Below are positions 20,135 to 30,474 of a stretch of DNA of 42,972 nt, piece after piece. The notes beneath the pieces were generated by a model. The model was not told the DNA's origin and searched no databases. It saw only the letters and a list, made by a program, of their open reading frames with translations. Source of the stretch: Cyanophyceae cyanobacterium (GTDB taxonomy: Bacteria; Cyanobacteriota; Cyanobacteriia; Cyanobacteriales; Laspinemataceae); contig JBBQFN010000042.1 of assembly GCA_038321985.1 (NCBI GenBank), positions 1 through 42,972 of the forward strand, given 5' to 3'. Numbering within the stretch: the stretch's first letter is position 1; each line of letters begins with the position of its first letter. Both the position numbers and the translations under genes were made by a program.

Positions 20135-23100
20135 ATGAACAAACAACGGAAAATCGCCTATTTAGAACTGATTCAATCCCTCCTGAGTTGTCCTAGTGGT
20201 GAGGAGGTGGGGGTATTGAGCGCCCACCCGGAATTGCTTGATGCTGGGTTGGTGGAGGTGATGCGTGCCGAAGCGGAAAGAAAGATGGAGTTGGGGGAAC
20301 TGAAAGCCGCCGACAGGTTACTGAATGTAGGGATTAAAATAGTAACTGCTAACTATTCTCTCTCCACCCTACAAAAAGCAAAAGCAAATCACCTGTTGCA
20401 GCAAGGGTTCCAACAGTATAAACAGAGTCAATATCCCCAAGCCTTCCAATCTTTGCAACAGTCCCTCCAACTGTATCAAGAAATCGGGGATAAGGCTGGC
20501 ATGGCAAACTGTTGGGGAGTCTTGGGAGATATCGAGCGAAATTACGGCAACTGGGATGAGGCGGAGCGCCTGTATCGACAATCTTTAGAAGTGATGACCG
20601 AATTGGGCGATCGCAAAGGCATGGCAACCTATTGCGGACTGTTGGGGAATATCCAGCGAAATCGGGGTAACTGGGAGAAGGCTGAGCATCTGTATCGGCA
20701 ATCTTTAGAATTGAGGAGCGAATTGGGCGATCGCTCGGGCATGGCAACCTCTTGGGGACTGTTGGGAGATATCCAGCAAAATCGGGGCAACTGGGATGAG
20801 GCGGAGCGTCTTTATCGGCAATCTTTGGAAGTTCAAACCGAATTGGGTGATAAATCCGGGATAGCAGCCTCTTGGGGACTGTTGGGAGATATCCAGCGAA
20901 ATCGCGGTAACTGGAATGAGGCAGAGCGTCTGTATCAGCAATCTTTGGAATTGAGGACCGAATTGGGCGATCGCAAAGGCATGGCAAGCTCTTGGGGACA
21001 GTTAGGAGATATCGAGCGAAATCGGGGCAACTGGGATGAGGCGGAGCGTCTGTATCGGCAATCTTTGGAAGTAGTTCAAACCGAATTGGGCGCTCGCTCT
21101 GGAATGGCAACCGTTTGGGGACGGTTAGGAGATATCGAGCGAAATCGGGGCAACTGGGATGAGGCGGAGCGTCTGTATCGGCAATCTTTGAAATTGAGAA
21201 CCGAATTGGGCGATCGCAAAGGCATGGCAAGCTCTTGGGAAGTCTTGGGAAATATCGAGCGACTGCGCGGCAACTGGGATGAGGCGGAGCGTCTGTATCG
21301 GCAATCTTTAGAGTTGAGTACCAAATTGGGCGATCGTAAAGGCAGGGCAAGCTCTTGGGGAGTCTTGGGAGATATCGAGCGAAATCGGGGCAACTGGGAT
21401 GAGGCGGAGCGTCTGTATCGGCAATCTTTAGAATTGATGACCGAATTGGGCGATCGCAAAGACATGGCAACCTCTTGCGGACTGTTGGGAGATATCGAGC
21501 AAAAACGGGGTAACTGGGATGAGGCGGAGCGTCTGTATTGGCAATCTTTAGAATTGATGACCGAATTGAGCGATCGCAAAGGGATGGGAACCTCTTGGGG
21601 ACTGTTAGGATATATTGAGCAAAAACGGGGCAACTGGGATGAGGCGGAGCGTCTGTATCGGCAATCTTTGGAAGTTCAAACCGAATTGGGCGATAAATCT
21701 GGGATAGCAGCCTCTTGGGGACTGTTGGGAGATATCGAGCGAAATCGCGGTAACTGGGATGAGGCAGAGCGTCTGTATCAGCAATCTTTGGGATTGAGAA
21801 CCGAATTGGGCGATCGCTCCGGCATGGCAACCTCTTGGGGACAGTTGGGTTCTATCAAGGGAAAACGGGGCAACTGGGATGAAGCGGAGGGTCTGTATCG
21901 GCAATATTTAGAAGTGATGATCGAATTGGGCGATCGCTCCGGCATGGCAACCTCTTGGGGTGTCTTGGGAGATATCGAGCGAAATCGCGGCAACTGGGAT
22001 GAAGCGGAGGGTCTGTATCGGCAATCTTTGGAATTGACAACCAAATTGGGCGATCGCTCCGGCATGGCAAGCTCTTGGGGACGGTTAGGAGATATCGAGC
22101 GAAATCGCGACAACTGGGATGAGGCGGAGCGTCTGTATCGGCAATCTTTGGAAGTTCAAACCGAATTGGGCGATCGCTCTGGTATGGCAACCTGTTCGCG
22201 AGTCTTGGGATATATCGAGCGAAATCGCGGCAACTGGGATGAGGCGGAGCGTCTGTTTCGGCAATCTTTGGAATTGACAACCAAATTGGGCGATCGCTCT
22301 GGTATGGGCCACAGTTATAATGATCTGGCATTTGTCTATATACACTTCCACCAAATTCCTCAAGCCATCACCGCTTTCAAAGCGGGTTTAGCCGTTTGTT
22401 CCCCAGGCAAATTACCCGTAGAAGCCTTAGAACTCGGTCGTAGTTTGGGCAATATTGCTTTTGGTATCCAAGACTGGGAAACCGCCATCGAAGGCTATGA
22501 GGCTGCCATCGAAGCAGTGGAAACCCTTTGCAGCTTCACCGACTCCTATGCTGAAAAACAAAAACGCCGGGAAGCGGAAATCAGTGTTTATGAGAAACTG
22601 GTGCAAGCCTGTATCCATGCAGAAAAAATCGGTAAAGCCTTAACCAGCGTGGAACGGAGCAAATCTCGCAATCTCATCGAACTGCTCGTAAATGCCGATC
22701 GCCAACCCACAGGTGAGATTCCCCAGGAAATGCGGGAGGAACTCGATCGCCTGCGTCGGGAAGTCATTGCCAAACAGCGCATCCTGGAAAGTCTTGACAA
22801 CCCCAGTAACCTCAACACTGCCTCAGCTACTGATTTCGGACAACGGCGAAGTGAGAGTCCCAAATTTAACCCTACCGTCATTGAAACCATTCGCCAACAA
22901 TATATCGCCGCGAAACAAGGCTTAGACGCACTGCTTGATCGCCTCAAATCCTACGACCCCAATTTTACCCTGACCCAGCGCGTTGAACCTATCCAATTTT
23001 CTGAGATTCAGGGTTTAATCGACGACAAAACCGCCCTGATTGAATGGTATCTCACTCGCGATCGCATTTATGTGTTTGTGGTGACGGGAGGACATGGGAA

Positions 23101-24229
23101 AATCTCCGTCTGGGAATCCACCCCGACAAAGTACAGCGAGTTACAGCAGTTGCGCCAAACCTATCTGGATGCCTATTTCAGCAACAAATCCCAGTGGAAA
23201 ACCAATCTCGATGGCTTCTTGCAGCGTCTCTCGGATATCCTGGATTTACCCCAACTGATTGCCGGGATTCCCCCCGACTACCGCCAACTGATTTTAATTC
23301 CCTATCGCGACTTGCACCTGTTTCCTCTGCACGCTTTAGTGCTCAACCGCGCCACCGAACCCCAATATTTATGCGATCGCTTTCCCGATGGCATCAAATA
23401 TGCCCCCAGTTGTCAATTTTTGCAAGTCTCCCAGCGCAACCAAAAAAGCGAGAGTCAAAACCGCTTTTTTGCCATCCAAAATCCCACAGAAGATTTAACC
23501 TACGCTGATTTAGAAGTTGAGGCGATTTTCCCTGCCTTTCACCCGAATGCAAGCTGTCTCACCCGCCAACAAGCGACCAAAATCGCCCTCAGCCAACATC
23601 CTTATGAGAGAGATTTTCGTTCTGCTGAATATCTCCATTTTGCCGGACATGGTGGCTTTAATTTTACCAATCCCATGCACTCATTCCTCGTGCTTGCCGG
23701 TGCTGTCGCTGGGGGAGAAAGCACTACCGGGCGTGATACCGAGAGATTTGTTTCCTGGCGCAAAGGAGAAAGCGTCGAGTTAGAAAAATGTTACACCCTG
23801 GGAGAATTGTTCGAGTTGAATTTACCCCACTGTCGCCTCGTCATTCTCTCCGCCTGCGAAACTGGATTAATTGGGGTTTCTCCTGATTTAGAAGAATACA
23901 TCAGTTTGGGCCTAGGTTTCCTCTATGCGGGAGCAACAAACGTGATTTGTAGTCTTTGGTCCGTGAATGATTTATCCACGGCGATTTTAATGGTAAAACT
24001 GTATGAGGAACTGCAAATCCAGCCCTCGATTTCTCTGGCATTGAACCAGGTACAGCAGTGGTTACGTCAAGTCACTGTTGGTAACTTATTAAAGTGGAGC
24101 CAATCTTCTCCCAGGGTGAGTGAGAAATTACGACAAGAAATTCAGAAAGAGTTTGAACTCTATGGGGACGAAGAATCCTATTTTGAAAATCCTTGTCACT
24201 GGGCTGCATTTTGCGCCATTGGGATTTAA
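20135..24229 (+). CDS. TPR-repeat CHAT (caspase HetF-associated) protease
   Basis: 15 tandem 40-aa TPR-like repeats. CHAT motifs ERSKSR, LILIP...LH.FP.HAL, catalytic His (HFAGHG) and Cys (LSACETG), SLWSV.D, P.HWAAF. Confidence 0.95.
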   Translation: MNKQRKIAYLELIQSLLSCPSGEEVGVLSAHPELLDAGLVEVMRAEAERKMELGELKAADRLLNVGIKIVTANYSLSTLQKAKANHLLQQGFQQYKQSQYPQAFQSLQQSLQLYQEIGDKAGMANCWGVLGDIERNYGNWDEAERLYRQSLEVMTELGDRKGMATYCGLLGNIQRNRGNWEKAEHLYRQSLELRSELGDRSGMATSWGLLGDIQQNRGNWDEAERLYRQSLEVQTELGDKSGIAASWGLLGDIQRNRGNWNEAERLYQQSLELRTELGDRKGMASSWGQLGDIERNRGNWDEAERLYRQSLEVVQTELGARSGMATVWGRLGDIERNRGNWDEAERLYRQSLKLRTELGDRKGMASSWEVLGNIERLRGNWDEAERLYRQSLELSTKLGDRKGRASSWGVLGDIERNRGNWDEAERLYRQSLELMTELGDRKDMATSCGLLGDIEQKRGNWDEAERLYWQSLELMTELSDRKGMGTSWGLLGYIEQKRGNWDEAERLYRQSLEVQTELGDKSGIAASWGLLGDIERNRGNWDEAERLYQQSLGLRTELGDRSGMATSWGQLGSIKGKRGNWDEAEGLYRQYLEVMIELGDRSGMATSWGVLGDIERNRGNWDEAEGLYRQSLELTTKLGDRSGMASSWGRLGDIERNRDNWDEAERLYRQSLEVQTELGDRSGMATCSRVLGYIERNRGNWDEAERLFRQSLELTTKLGDRSGMGHSYNDLAFVYIHFHQIPQAITAFKAGLAVCSPGKLPVEALELGRSLGNIAFGIQDWETAIEGYEAAIEAVETLCSFTDSYAEKQKRREAEISVYEKLVQACIHAEKIGKALTSVERSKSRNLIELLVNADRQPTGEIPQEMREELDRLRREVIAKQRILESLDNPSNLNTASATDFGQRRSESPKFNPTVIETIRQQYIAAKQGLDALLDRLKSYDPNFTLTQRVEPIQFSEIQGLIDDKTALIEWYLTRDRIYVFVVTGGHGKISVWESTPTKYSELQQLRQTYLDAYFSNKSQWKTNLDGFLQRLSDILDLPQLIAGIPPDYRQLILIPYRDLHLFPLHALVLNRATEPQYLCDRFPDGIKYAPSCQFLQVSQRNQKSESQNRFFAIQNPTEDLTYADLEVEAIFPAFHPNASCLTRQQATKIALSQHPYERDFRSAEYLHFAGHGGFNFTNPMHSFLVLAGAVAGGESTTGRDTERFVSWRKGESVELEKCYTLGELFELNLPHCRLVILSACETGLIGVSPDLEEYISLGLGFLYAGATNVICSLWSVNDLSTAILMVKLYEELQIQPSISLALNQVQQWLRQVTVGNLLKWSQSSPRVSEKLRQEIQKEFELYGDEESYFENPCHWAAFCAIGI
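20485..22310 (+). repeat. Intragenic tandem array of about 15 x 120-bp units
   Basis: AACTGGGATGAGGCGGAGCGTCTGTATCGGCAATCTTT recurs every 120 bp. One unit is 123 bp (extra Val codon near 21070). Confidence 0.95.
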
Positions 24230-24342
24230 TATGGAATCGGGTATTGAAAAGTTTATAAAAACCCGTACCTTGAAAGGTTCAGATTTGTAAAAGCCTAATA
24301 TCATGGATAAAAAATTAACAGCAAAATTCCAGGAGTCAAGAC

Positions 24343-24702
24343 ATGAATTTTAAAGATTTTATGGGGTTTTTCCCGGCAGCTATTCAAGAGAATTCTGTAA
24401 AATTAACACCAGCACAGTTAGCGGAAATCGTTGATTTGCTAGAAGGGTTAGACAGTCAGCCAGAAAGCACCTGTGAAACCCTCAAAGTTTGGATCAGAAA
24501 TCATCCCGAGGTTAGAGATGCGGTGATAAATTTTGCCAATAAAAAAAATGTTGCCAATCTTCTGCCGGACCGCGAAAATGTCAATTCGCCTCGACGAAAG
24601 CTGAGTAGTGAGGCGGAAATCTTACAAAATTTGTTTGAACTGCGTAAACAGGCTCGGGTGCAACAGGAGGCATCCAAAAACTTACCTCCCAAGAATAATT
24701 AA
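24343..24702 (+). CDS. Small hypothetical protein downstream of TPR-CHAT
   Basis: 119 aa ORF with AGGAG RBS. Helical N-terminal part, polar linker, C-terminal helix. Confidence 0.8.
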   Translation: MNFKDFMGFFPAAIQENSVKLTPAQLAEIVDLLEGLDSQPESTCETLKVWIRNHPEVRDAVINFANKKNVANLLPDRENVNSPRRKLSSEAEILQNLFELRKQARVQQEASKNLPPKNN

Positions 24703-24725
24703 TTTTATTTTTATCTCTAAATACA

Positions 24726-26189
24726 ATGTCTTTTTTGCTGTATGCTCCCAATGTTCATCTGTTTGCCTTCCATCTCAGCGAGATAGAGGACCCGGATAGT
24801 GATCCCGATTATCAACCGCATTATTTGTGCGATCGCTGTCTGGAGATTTTTCACCAGTTCCAGATCCAGCAGGCGTTAAAGCTGCGAGATGTTAACTCTA
24901 ATATGCGGATAGATCTTCTCGAAGGTACGAGCGAGGAGAATATTATGCTGAGTTTAGAAGGGAGGCTCGAAGATAAACACATAACTGGGCTCGTAGGGTA
25001 TTTACAACTGTATGATAGCTATGCGCTCTATTTAAACCTGCGAATTCCTGAACTTGAACAGACTCAAAACCGAACCCAGCCAGTCGATGCGGCTATTTTC
25101 CAACAATTTAACTGCAATCAACAGTTAATATTAAATAGTTCTATCGGTCAGGTGATTATTTTAACCGGCTGGCTGTCTCAGGCGCAACAGCAGCAAGAAC
25201 CCAAAATTTGGCAACAAATGGCTGATTATTGCGTGCAAAGTTTCCTGGGAACCTCAAAATTCCCCTTGCCGCCTTGTTATCAAGTGAATCAACTGTTTGG
25301 AAGTCCGGTTTTTGAATATGGTGACCCTCAAAATCCGGATAAAACCCAGACGATTTGGGTTTGGTTATTTTTTGATGAGTCGGAAGAGGCTCAAAAACCC
25401 TCGGCTGATGCCGACTCTAATCTCTGTTTCCTGGATCAAGAATTACTGGATTTATTTTTTTACCGCCAAAAAATGATTAAAACTTTTGAATTTAGTCGAG
25501 AAAATTATCGGGAAACTCGCGCTCAATATCAAAAGATGGGAAGTGAAGTGAAAGCGATTCGTTTTCTAACTTTGCATAAAAAGTCCAGTCCAGAAGAAAA
25601 GTTGTCCGAATTAACTTTGATTAAGTTGCAACAATCTCTGGTTGAGTTATTAGAGATGGACATCAATTTTTCTGAAAACTTACGGGAGTTAGAGGCATCC
25701 CGTCTAACTTTGAAGGCAAATACGAGTAATTATCGCAAAAAGCTGGCGCTGATCCAAAGTTATTACCCACAGGAAAAATTAGATATTTTGGAAATTTTTT
25801 TAAATAAGAATTGCGTGAATTTTCAAGAGCAAATCAAAATGGATTTGGGCTATTTTAGGCATATCCGGAGTTTGGCGGATAAGGCAGTAGCCTCGATTCG
25901 GGGGATTGTGGAAATTGAACAAACCCAACGCGATCGCCTGCGCCAAGACCAAGAAAAACAGCTTGAAAATACCATCCAGGCGATCGGACTGGCGGTGGGG
26001 ATCGGCGCGATTTTTGCCTCCAGTGCAGGATTAATCGACCGCCCTTGGCGGACTCCTTGGGCAGATGATCGCTCCTCTTATCCCCATCCCTTTCTGATTG
26101 CTTTTTTCGGGAGTCTTCTCCTGGCGGGCATCTTTTACTTTGGGGTTAAATGGTGTCAAAATCGGGGGGGAAAACGGAAAAAATTTTGA
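24726..26189 (+). CDS. Hypothetical membrane protein: soluble N-terminal domain, coiled coil, two C-terminal TM helices
   Basis: 487 aa. Heptad-rich middle, then hydrophobic IQAIGLAVGIGAIFASSAGLI and FLIAFFGSLLLAGIFYFGV, then a basic tail. Starts 23 bp after the previous ORF. Confidence 0.85.
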   Translation: MSFLLYAPNVHLFAFHLSEIEDPDSDPDYQPHYLCDRCLEIFHQFQIQQALKLRDVNSNMRIDLLEGTSEENIMLSLEGRLEDKHITGLVGYLQLYDSYALYLNLRIPELEQTQNRTQPVDAAIFQQFNCNQQLILNSSIGQVIILTGWLSQAQQQQEPKIWQQMADYCVQSFLGTSKFPLPPCYQVNQLFGSPVFEYGDPQNPDKTQTIWVWLFFDESEEAQKPSADADSNLCFLDQELLDLFFYRQKMIKTFEFSRENYRETRAQYQKMGSEVKAIRFLTLHKKSSPEEKLSELTLIKLQQSLVELLEMDINFSENLRELEASRLTLKANTSNYRKKLALIQSYYPQEKLDILEIFLNKNCVNFQEQIKMDLGYFRHIRSLADKAVASIRGIVEIEQTQRDRLRQDQEKQLENTIQAIGLAVGIGAIFASSAGLIDRPWRTPWADDRSSYPHPFLIAFFGSLLLAGIFYFGVKWCQNRGGKRKKF

Positions 26190-26245
26190 CCCCATTAAAT
26201 TGAGGGGGCCAGAAAGTTTCTAAATACTGCGGGTATTGCCCCCCA

Positions 26246-26626
26246 TTACGACATCCCATCCCGACGGCCCAATTCATAGACGCCACAAATAATACAAGCA
26301 ATAATCCCCACAGAAATTGCCCAACTACTGCCGAGGGTGAGTTGGACGCCCCAGTTGCATAACCCGCCCATTGCCAGAAAAGGGACAATACTGAAAACTG
26401 AAGCATAGAGGGCATTTTGGGACTCTCTGGCCGGCTTTGAGCGCTCGAACTCTTTTTCGGAGGTGTACAAAGAGCGATCGGCAAAGTTAAACCAGCGATT
26501 CAGTTGTTCAGTTACCCACTCACTGAGACTGGAAAGCCCCAGATAAAGGGCTAGGGACCATAAAGAGGCTCCGGCAAGAGCGGTGGTATCTACGGCAAAT
26601 TGAAAGGGAAAAATTTCAGTTAACAT
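26246..26626 (-). CDS. Small cyanobacterial membrane protein, function unknown
   Basis: 126 aa with three hydrophobic segments, GG.CN.G...LG.SW..S.G..AC...GVYELGR. GAGG RBS-like sequence upstream. Confidence 0.75.
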   Translation of the reverse strand: MLTEIFPFQFAVDTTALAGASLWSLALYLGLSSLSEWVTEQLNRWFNFADRSLYTSEKEFERSKPARESQNALYASVFSIVPFLAMGGLCNWGVQLTLGSSWAISVGIIACIICGVYELGRRDGMS

Positions 26627-27036
26627 AGGTGAGGCACTCAGGTCATGAATTTATCTTTCCAGCGATTTTAACAAAAGTTAAGAATTCGGGATCCGTTGTC
26701 CCCAATGTGATGGGCGGGATTAAGGGAAGCCCTAAAATTGAACCGATTTGTTGATTCGGTGAGTGAATGAGTGACAAGGGTACAACTTAGGGTAAAATCC
26801 ACGTCGAGAAAAAACTTTTATAAAAGCGTTGGGGTAGGGCCTGGTGAATAAATCTGGGGTGCAGCATTTTATTGAAAGCAAAGGGGTCTCCTAGGGACCA
26901 TTACCTCGGCGCGGTGGATTAGTCCTCCCTCAAAATGGAGGCAAATTTAATTTCAGGGCCCTGTCTGGAAAAGATTTGTCTGTTTGACGCTCAAACTGAT
27001 TTAAACCGATTCATAATGTTAATCTGCGGTTGAGGA

Positions 27037-27696
27037 ATGGAAGTGATGATGCGAAATGCTATCCCCGGATGGATGCACAAAAACTTAGCTCGTACTTTAC
27101 GACGGCTGTTATTTGTCGGACTAGGTTTAGCTGCGATGCTGGTTCTTGGATTGCAACCCCAGATCGCCAAATCTCAGGGAACGGGAGCCCCCAGGACAGC
27201 AACGGCTAATTATTGGCAAGGTGCTTCCTTTCCTGTGGAAAATTTTCAGGCTTATACCTCACCGTTTGGCTATCGGTCCTCTCCTACGGGCGGCTACAGC
27301 AGTGAGTTTCACTCGGGTTTAGATATTGCGGCACCGATGGGAAGCTATATCCGCAATTGGTGGGCGGGAACGGTGGTGCAGGCGATCGAGGACGATCGCT
27401 GTGGTACCGGACTGGTGATTCAATCGGGAGACTGGGAACATATCTATTGCCATATGCAAGGACAGGTGGAGCGGTCGGGAGGGCGTCGGTACCTGATCGA
27501 TCGCACCGGGGGCTTACAAATTTTTGAAGGCCAACAGGTTCCGGCTGGGGTCCGCATTGGACGAGTCGGAATGTCCGGGCGCAGCACAGGTCCTCATCTC
27601 CACTGGGGTCTGAGATATGCCAATGAGTGGTATGACCCGGCGTTGATTTTGCGCGCGATGTATGGCTCATCCCGCAGTGTTTCGATGCAACCTTAA
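27037..27696 (+). CDS. M23 family metallopeptidase
   Basis: Signal-like N-terminus, SPFGYR, H.GLDIAA (HxxxD), YCH, GRSTGPHLHW (HxH). Confidence 0.93.
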   Translation: MEVMMRNAIPGWMHKNLARTLRRLLFVGLGLAAMLVLGLQPQIAKSQGTGAPRTATANYWQGASFPVENFQAYTSPFGYRSSPTGGYSSEFHSGLDIAAPMGSYIRNWWAGTVVQAIEDDRCGTGLVIQSGDWEHIYCHMQGQVERSGGRRYLIDRTGGLQIFEGQQVPAGVRIGRVGMSGRSTGPHLHWGLRYANEWYDPALILRAMYGSSRSVSMQP

Positions 27697-27848
27697 AAAA
27701 TCTCTGGACCCTTCTAGGGTGGAATCTCTCTGGATAAAGCTCGCGCTTCTACTTCGCGGGCTAATTTTTTATGGAAGTGTCTCGATAAAGAGGCGCTAAT
27801 CTCGCCCATGGCCTCTGTGAGCGTAACTGCTATTCATGACAAGAGAAG

Positions 27849-27893
27849 AAAAAAAGAAAAGGCATAGATATTCCTATGCCTTTTCTTTTTTTT
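27849..27893. terminator. Bidirectional intrinsic terminator
   Basis: Perfect inverted repeat AAAAAAAGAAAAGGCATAG-atattc-CTATGCCTTTTCTTTTTTT between the convergent M23 and ftsH genes. Confidence 0.85.
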
Positions 27894-27924
27894 GCGCTGC
27901 TTATTTTGATAGCAGCCGTAACCT

Positions 27925-29961
27925 TTAACTGTTGGTAATCAGTTGTTTTTTCGGGAGTTCAACCGATTCGCTGACGAGTTTCCGAAACTCTTCTCCTTCT
28001 ATGGTTTCTTGCTCTAGGAGCAGATCCACGAGGCGATCGAGCAGATAGCGATATTGGCGGATGATGATGCGGGCTTTTTCATAGCAGTCAAAGGCTATTT
28101 CTCGCACCTGTCGGTCCACTTTAGAGGCGACTTCTTCGGAGTAGTCTGCCTTGCTGCCGAGGTCGCGACCTAAGAACACTTCGGCGTTCTGGGTTTCGAG
28201 GGCCAGTGGACCTAAAGCTGACATTCCGTAGCGGGTAACCATTTCCCGTGCTAAATCAGCTACGACTCGGATATCGTTGCTGGCTCCAATGGTGATTTCG
28301 GTATCCCCAAACACTTCCTGTTCAGCGGCTCTCCCCCCTAGGGTAATGGTAATCCGGTCGATCAACCAAGCTCGGGTATAAAGACCGCTATCGATCATTT
28401 CTTCGTTAAAGCTTTGTTGAGCAAATCCACCAATGCCACCGGAACGGGGAATAATGGTGACTTTGTTTAAGGGGTCGGAATGTTCCAACAGGGTCATTAG
28501 GAGGGCGTGACCGACTTCATGGTAGGCAATCAAGCGCTTTTTCTTGCTATCTAGCAAGGGGGTCAGTTGCATTCCGATGGTGATGCGATCGATGGCATCG
28601 TCAATTTCTAAGTGGCCGATCTCTTCTTTGCGTCGCCGTGCGGTTAAGATGGCGGCTTCGTTGAGGAGGTTGGCTAAATCGGCTCCGGAAAATCCAGGGG
28701 TGCGACGGGCGATCGCCTCGATGGAGACTTCTGGGGCTAATTTTTTATTCCGCGCATGGACTTGTAAAATCCCTAATCGGCCATTATAACTGGGCAAATC
28801 TACGGTTACCTGCCGGTCAAATCGTCCCGGACGCAGTAATGCCTGGTCGAGGACATCGGGGCGGTTGGTGGCGGCAATAATAATAATGCCTGAGTTGCCC
28901 TCAAATCCGTCCATCTCGGTGAGGAGTTGGTTGAGGGTTTGTTCTCGTTCGTCGTTGCCACCGCCAATGCCTGCGCCGCGCTGACGCCCGACTGCATCAA
29001 TTTCATCGATGAAGACGATGCAGGGGGAATTTTCTTTCGCTTTTTTGAACAGGTCCCGCACTCGGGAGGCCCCGACACCCACAAACATTTCTACAAATTC
29101 TGACCCGGAGATGCTGAAGAAGGGGACCCCGGCTTCTCCGGCGATCGCCTTGGCAAGTAAGGTTTTCCCCGTTCCTGGAGGCCCAATCAAGAGGACGCCT
29201 TTGGGAATTTTTGCTCCGATCGCCGTAAATCGTTCTGGTTTTTTCAGAAACGTGACGACTTCTTGCAGTTCTTCTTTGGCTTCCTGAATTCCGGCAACGT
29301 CATCAAACATAACGCCGGTTTTAGCTTCCATCTGAAATCGGGCTTTAGATTTGCCAAAGCTCATGGCTTGATTTCCCGCTTGGGCCGATCTCCGCACGAT
29401 CGCCATCAATCCCCCAATTAATAACAAAATCAGCAGGAGATTGGCGGCCATCCCAAATGCAGCCGAGGGGTCTGATGTGGGCTGAACATCTAGTTGGATC
29501 GTCTCTGTTGTCTTGTTTTGTAATCTAATTCTTTCAAATAACTCCGGGTGGCGATCAAACAGGGGAACGGTATATTCCTGCTCTCCTTCTAACCGAACTC
29601 GGGCAACCCCTTGTGCGGGATCAACCGCCACTCTTTTTACTTCTCCGGCATCAATTTTCCGCAATAATTCGCTATAACTCAGGGTGCTTTGTTCCGTTTG
29701 CGCGATCGCCGGAGTCGTCAGCAGCACCCCTTGGGTCAAAATCCCCGATGCTAGCATTGCTCCTAAACTGCTTGCTAGTTTCACGGAGAAAGATGATTTT
29801 TTAATGACACGCTCTGTACCGTAGGCACCGTTGCCTAGTTTGGTAATTTCCTGGGTTTTGAGTGAACCCGGTTGAGTGATCCCCCGGTGTCCCTCGATCC
29901 ACTGTTTCAATAAACCTTTCATATTCAATCGCTTTACCTGTCCCTGCTTGAAGTTGTCCAT
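27925..29961 (-). CDS. ftsH: ATP-dependent zinc metalloprotease FtsH (probably FtsH1-type; true start uncertain)
   Basis: Two TM segments, Walker A GPPGTGKT, Walker [24 protein letters not shown] zinc motif. Confidence 0.97.
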   Translation of the reverse strand: MDNFKQGQVKRLNMKGLLKQWIEGHRGITQPGSLKTQEITKLGNGAYGTERVIKKSSFSVKLASSLGAMLASGILTQGVLLTTPAIAQTEQSTLSYSELLRKIDAGEVKRVAVDPAQGVARVRLEGEQEYTVPLFDRHPELFERIRLQNKTTETIQLDVQPTSDPSAAFGMAANLLLILLLIGGLMAIVRRSAQAGNQAMSFGKSKARFQMEAKTGVMFDDVAGIQEAKEELQEVVTFLKKPERFTAIGAKIPKGVLLIGPPGTGKTLLAKAIAGEAGVPFFSISGSEFVEMFVGVGASRVRDLFKKAKENSPCIVFIDEIDAVGRQRGAGIGGGNDEREQTLNQLLTEMDGFEGNSGIIIIAATNRPDVLDQALLRPGRFDRQVTVDLPSYNGRLGILQVHARNKKLAPEVSIEAIARRTPGFSGADLANLLNEAAILTARRRKEEIGHLEIDDAIDRITIGMQLTPLLDSKKKRLIAYHEVGHALLMTLLEHSDPLNKVTIIPRSGGIGGFAQQSFNEEMIDSGLYTRAWLIDRITITLGGRAAEQEVFGDTEITIGASNDIRVVADLAREMVTRYGMSALGPLALETQNAEVFLGRDLGSKADYSEEVASKVDRQVREIAFDCYEKARIIIRQYRYLLDRLVDLLLEQETIEGEEFRKLVSESVELPKKQLITNS

Positions 29962-30109
29962 GCCGAGGTCCCAAAGATGAACTCTTGGCGATATATCCCT
30001 CGAAATTAGGTCCCGCTTCTAGTTTAACGCTTGTCCGTTCGCACTGCCTTCCTTGGTCCTTTAAGCCGCTTCCTTAAATGATCCCATCCCATCTTTCTCC
30101 CTCAATAAG

Positions 30110-30144
30110 ACCCTCCCCCTGGGTGCATCACTCAGGGGGAGGGT
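30110..30144. other. Strong hairpin upstream of ftsH
   Basis: ACCCTCCCCCTGGGTG-cat-CACTCAGGGGGAGGGT near-perfect inverted repeat. Confidence 0.55.
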
Positions 30145-30366
30145 TCAATGCCTGCCAAATCAAGGGATCTGGCGTCTGTTGACTCAGGCGCTGGTAAACC
30201 GGCGATTTTAATGTCGTCGGGTTAGCAAACTCGGGTGCAGACTAGGGGTGGCACTTGGTTTTATTTAACTGTTTTGAATGCTGATATCAAGGGATCAGAA
30301 GAATGCAATGTGCGGCAGGGAGTGGAGAGAGAACAAAAGACGGCGATCGCAATGATGTCGGAGATA

Positions 30367-30474
30367 TCAATGGGATGAAATTGCGACCAAGATCAGAGCA
30401 GCAAAGCTCAGGGTAACGACTTGCAGGGCGATCGTCCCTGCTAACCAGAGAAAAGGTTTCCACGTATAATCCAT
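30367..30474 (-). CDS. Putative 35-aa single-TM small protein
   Basis: MDYTWKPFLWLAGTIALQVVTLSFAALILVAISSH, preceded by a GAGGAG RBS 7 nt upstream of the ATG. Confidence 0.55.
   Translation of the reverse strand: MDYTWKPFLWLAGTIALQVVTLSFAALILVAISSH

Noticed and set aside
20485..22310. CRISPR array or DGR target interpretation of the regular repeats
   Set aside because: The units are contiguous, coding and lack unique spacers. There are no cas or reverse transcriptase genes, and the variation is not obviously adenine-restricted.
20349..22363. Long antisense ORFs (493 aa, 185 aa, 158 aa and others) over the TPR array
   Set aside because: Shadow frames produced by the stop-free 120-bp repeat; no independent coding signal.
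26665..26690. HLR1 (RpaB)-like direct repeat TTAACAAA-AG-TTAAGAAT
   Set aside because: Several mismatches to consensus in an AT-rich region; cannot be supported from sequence alone.
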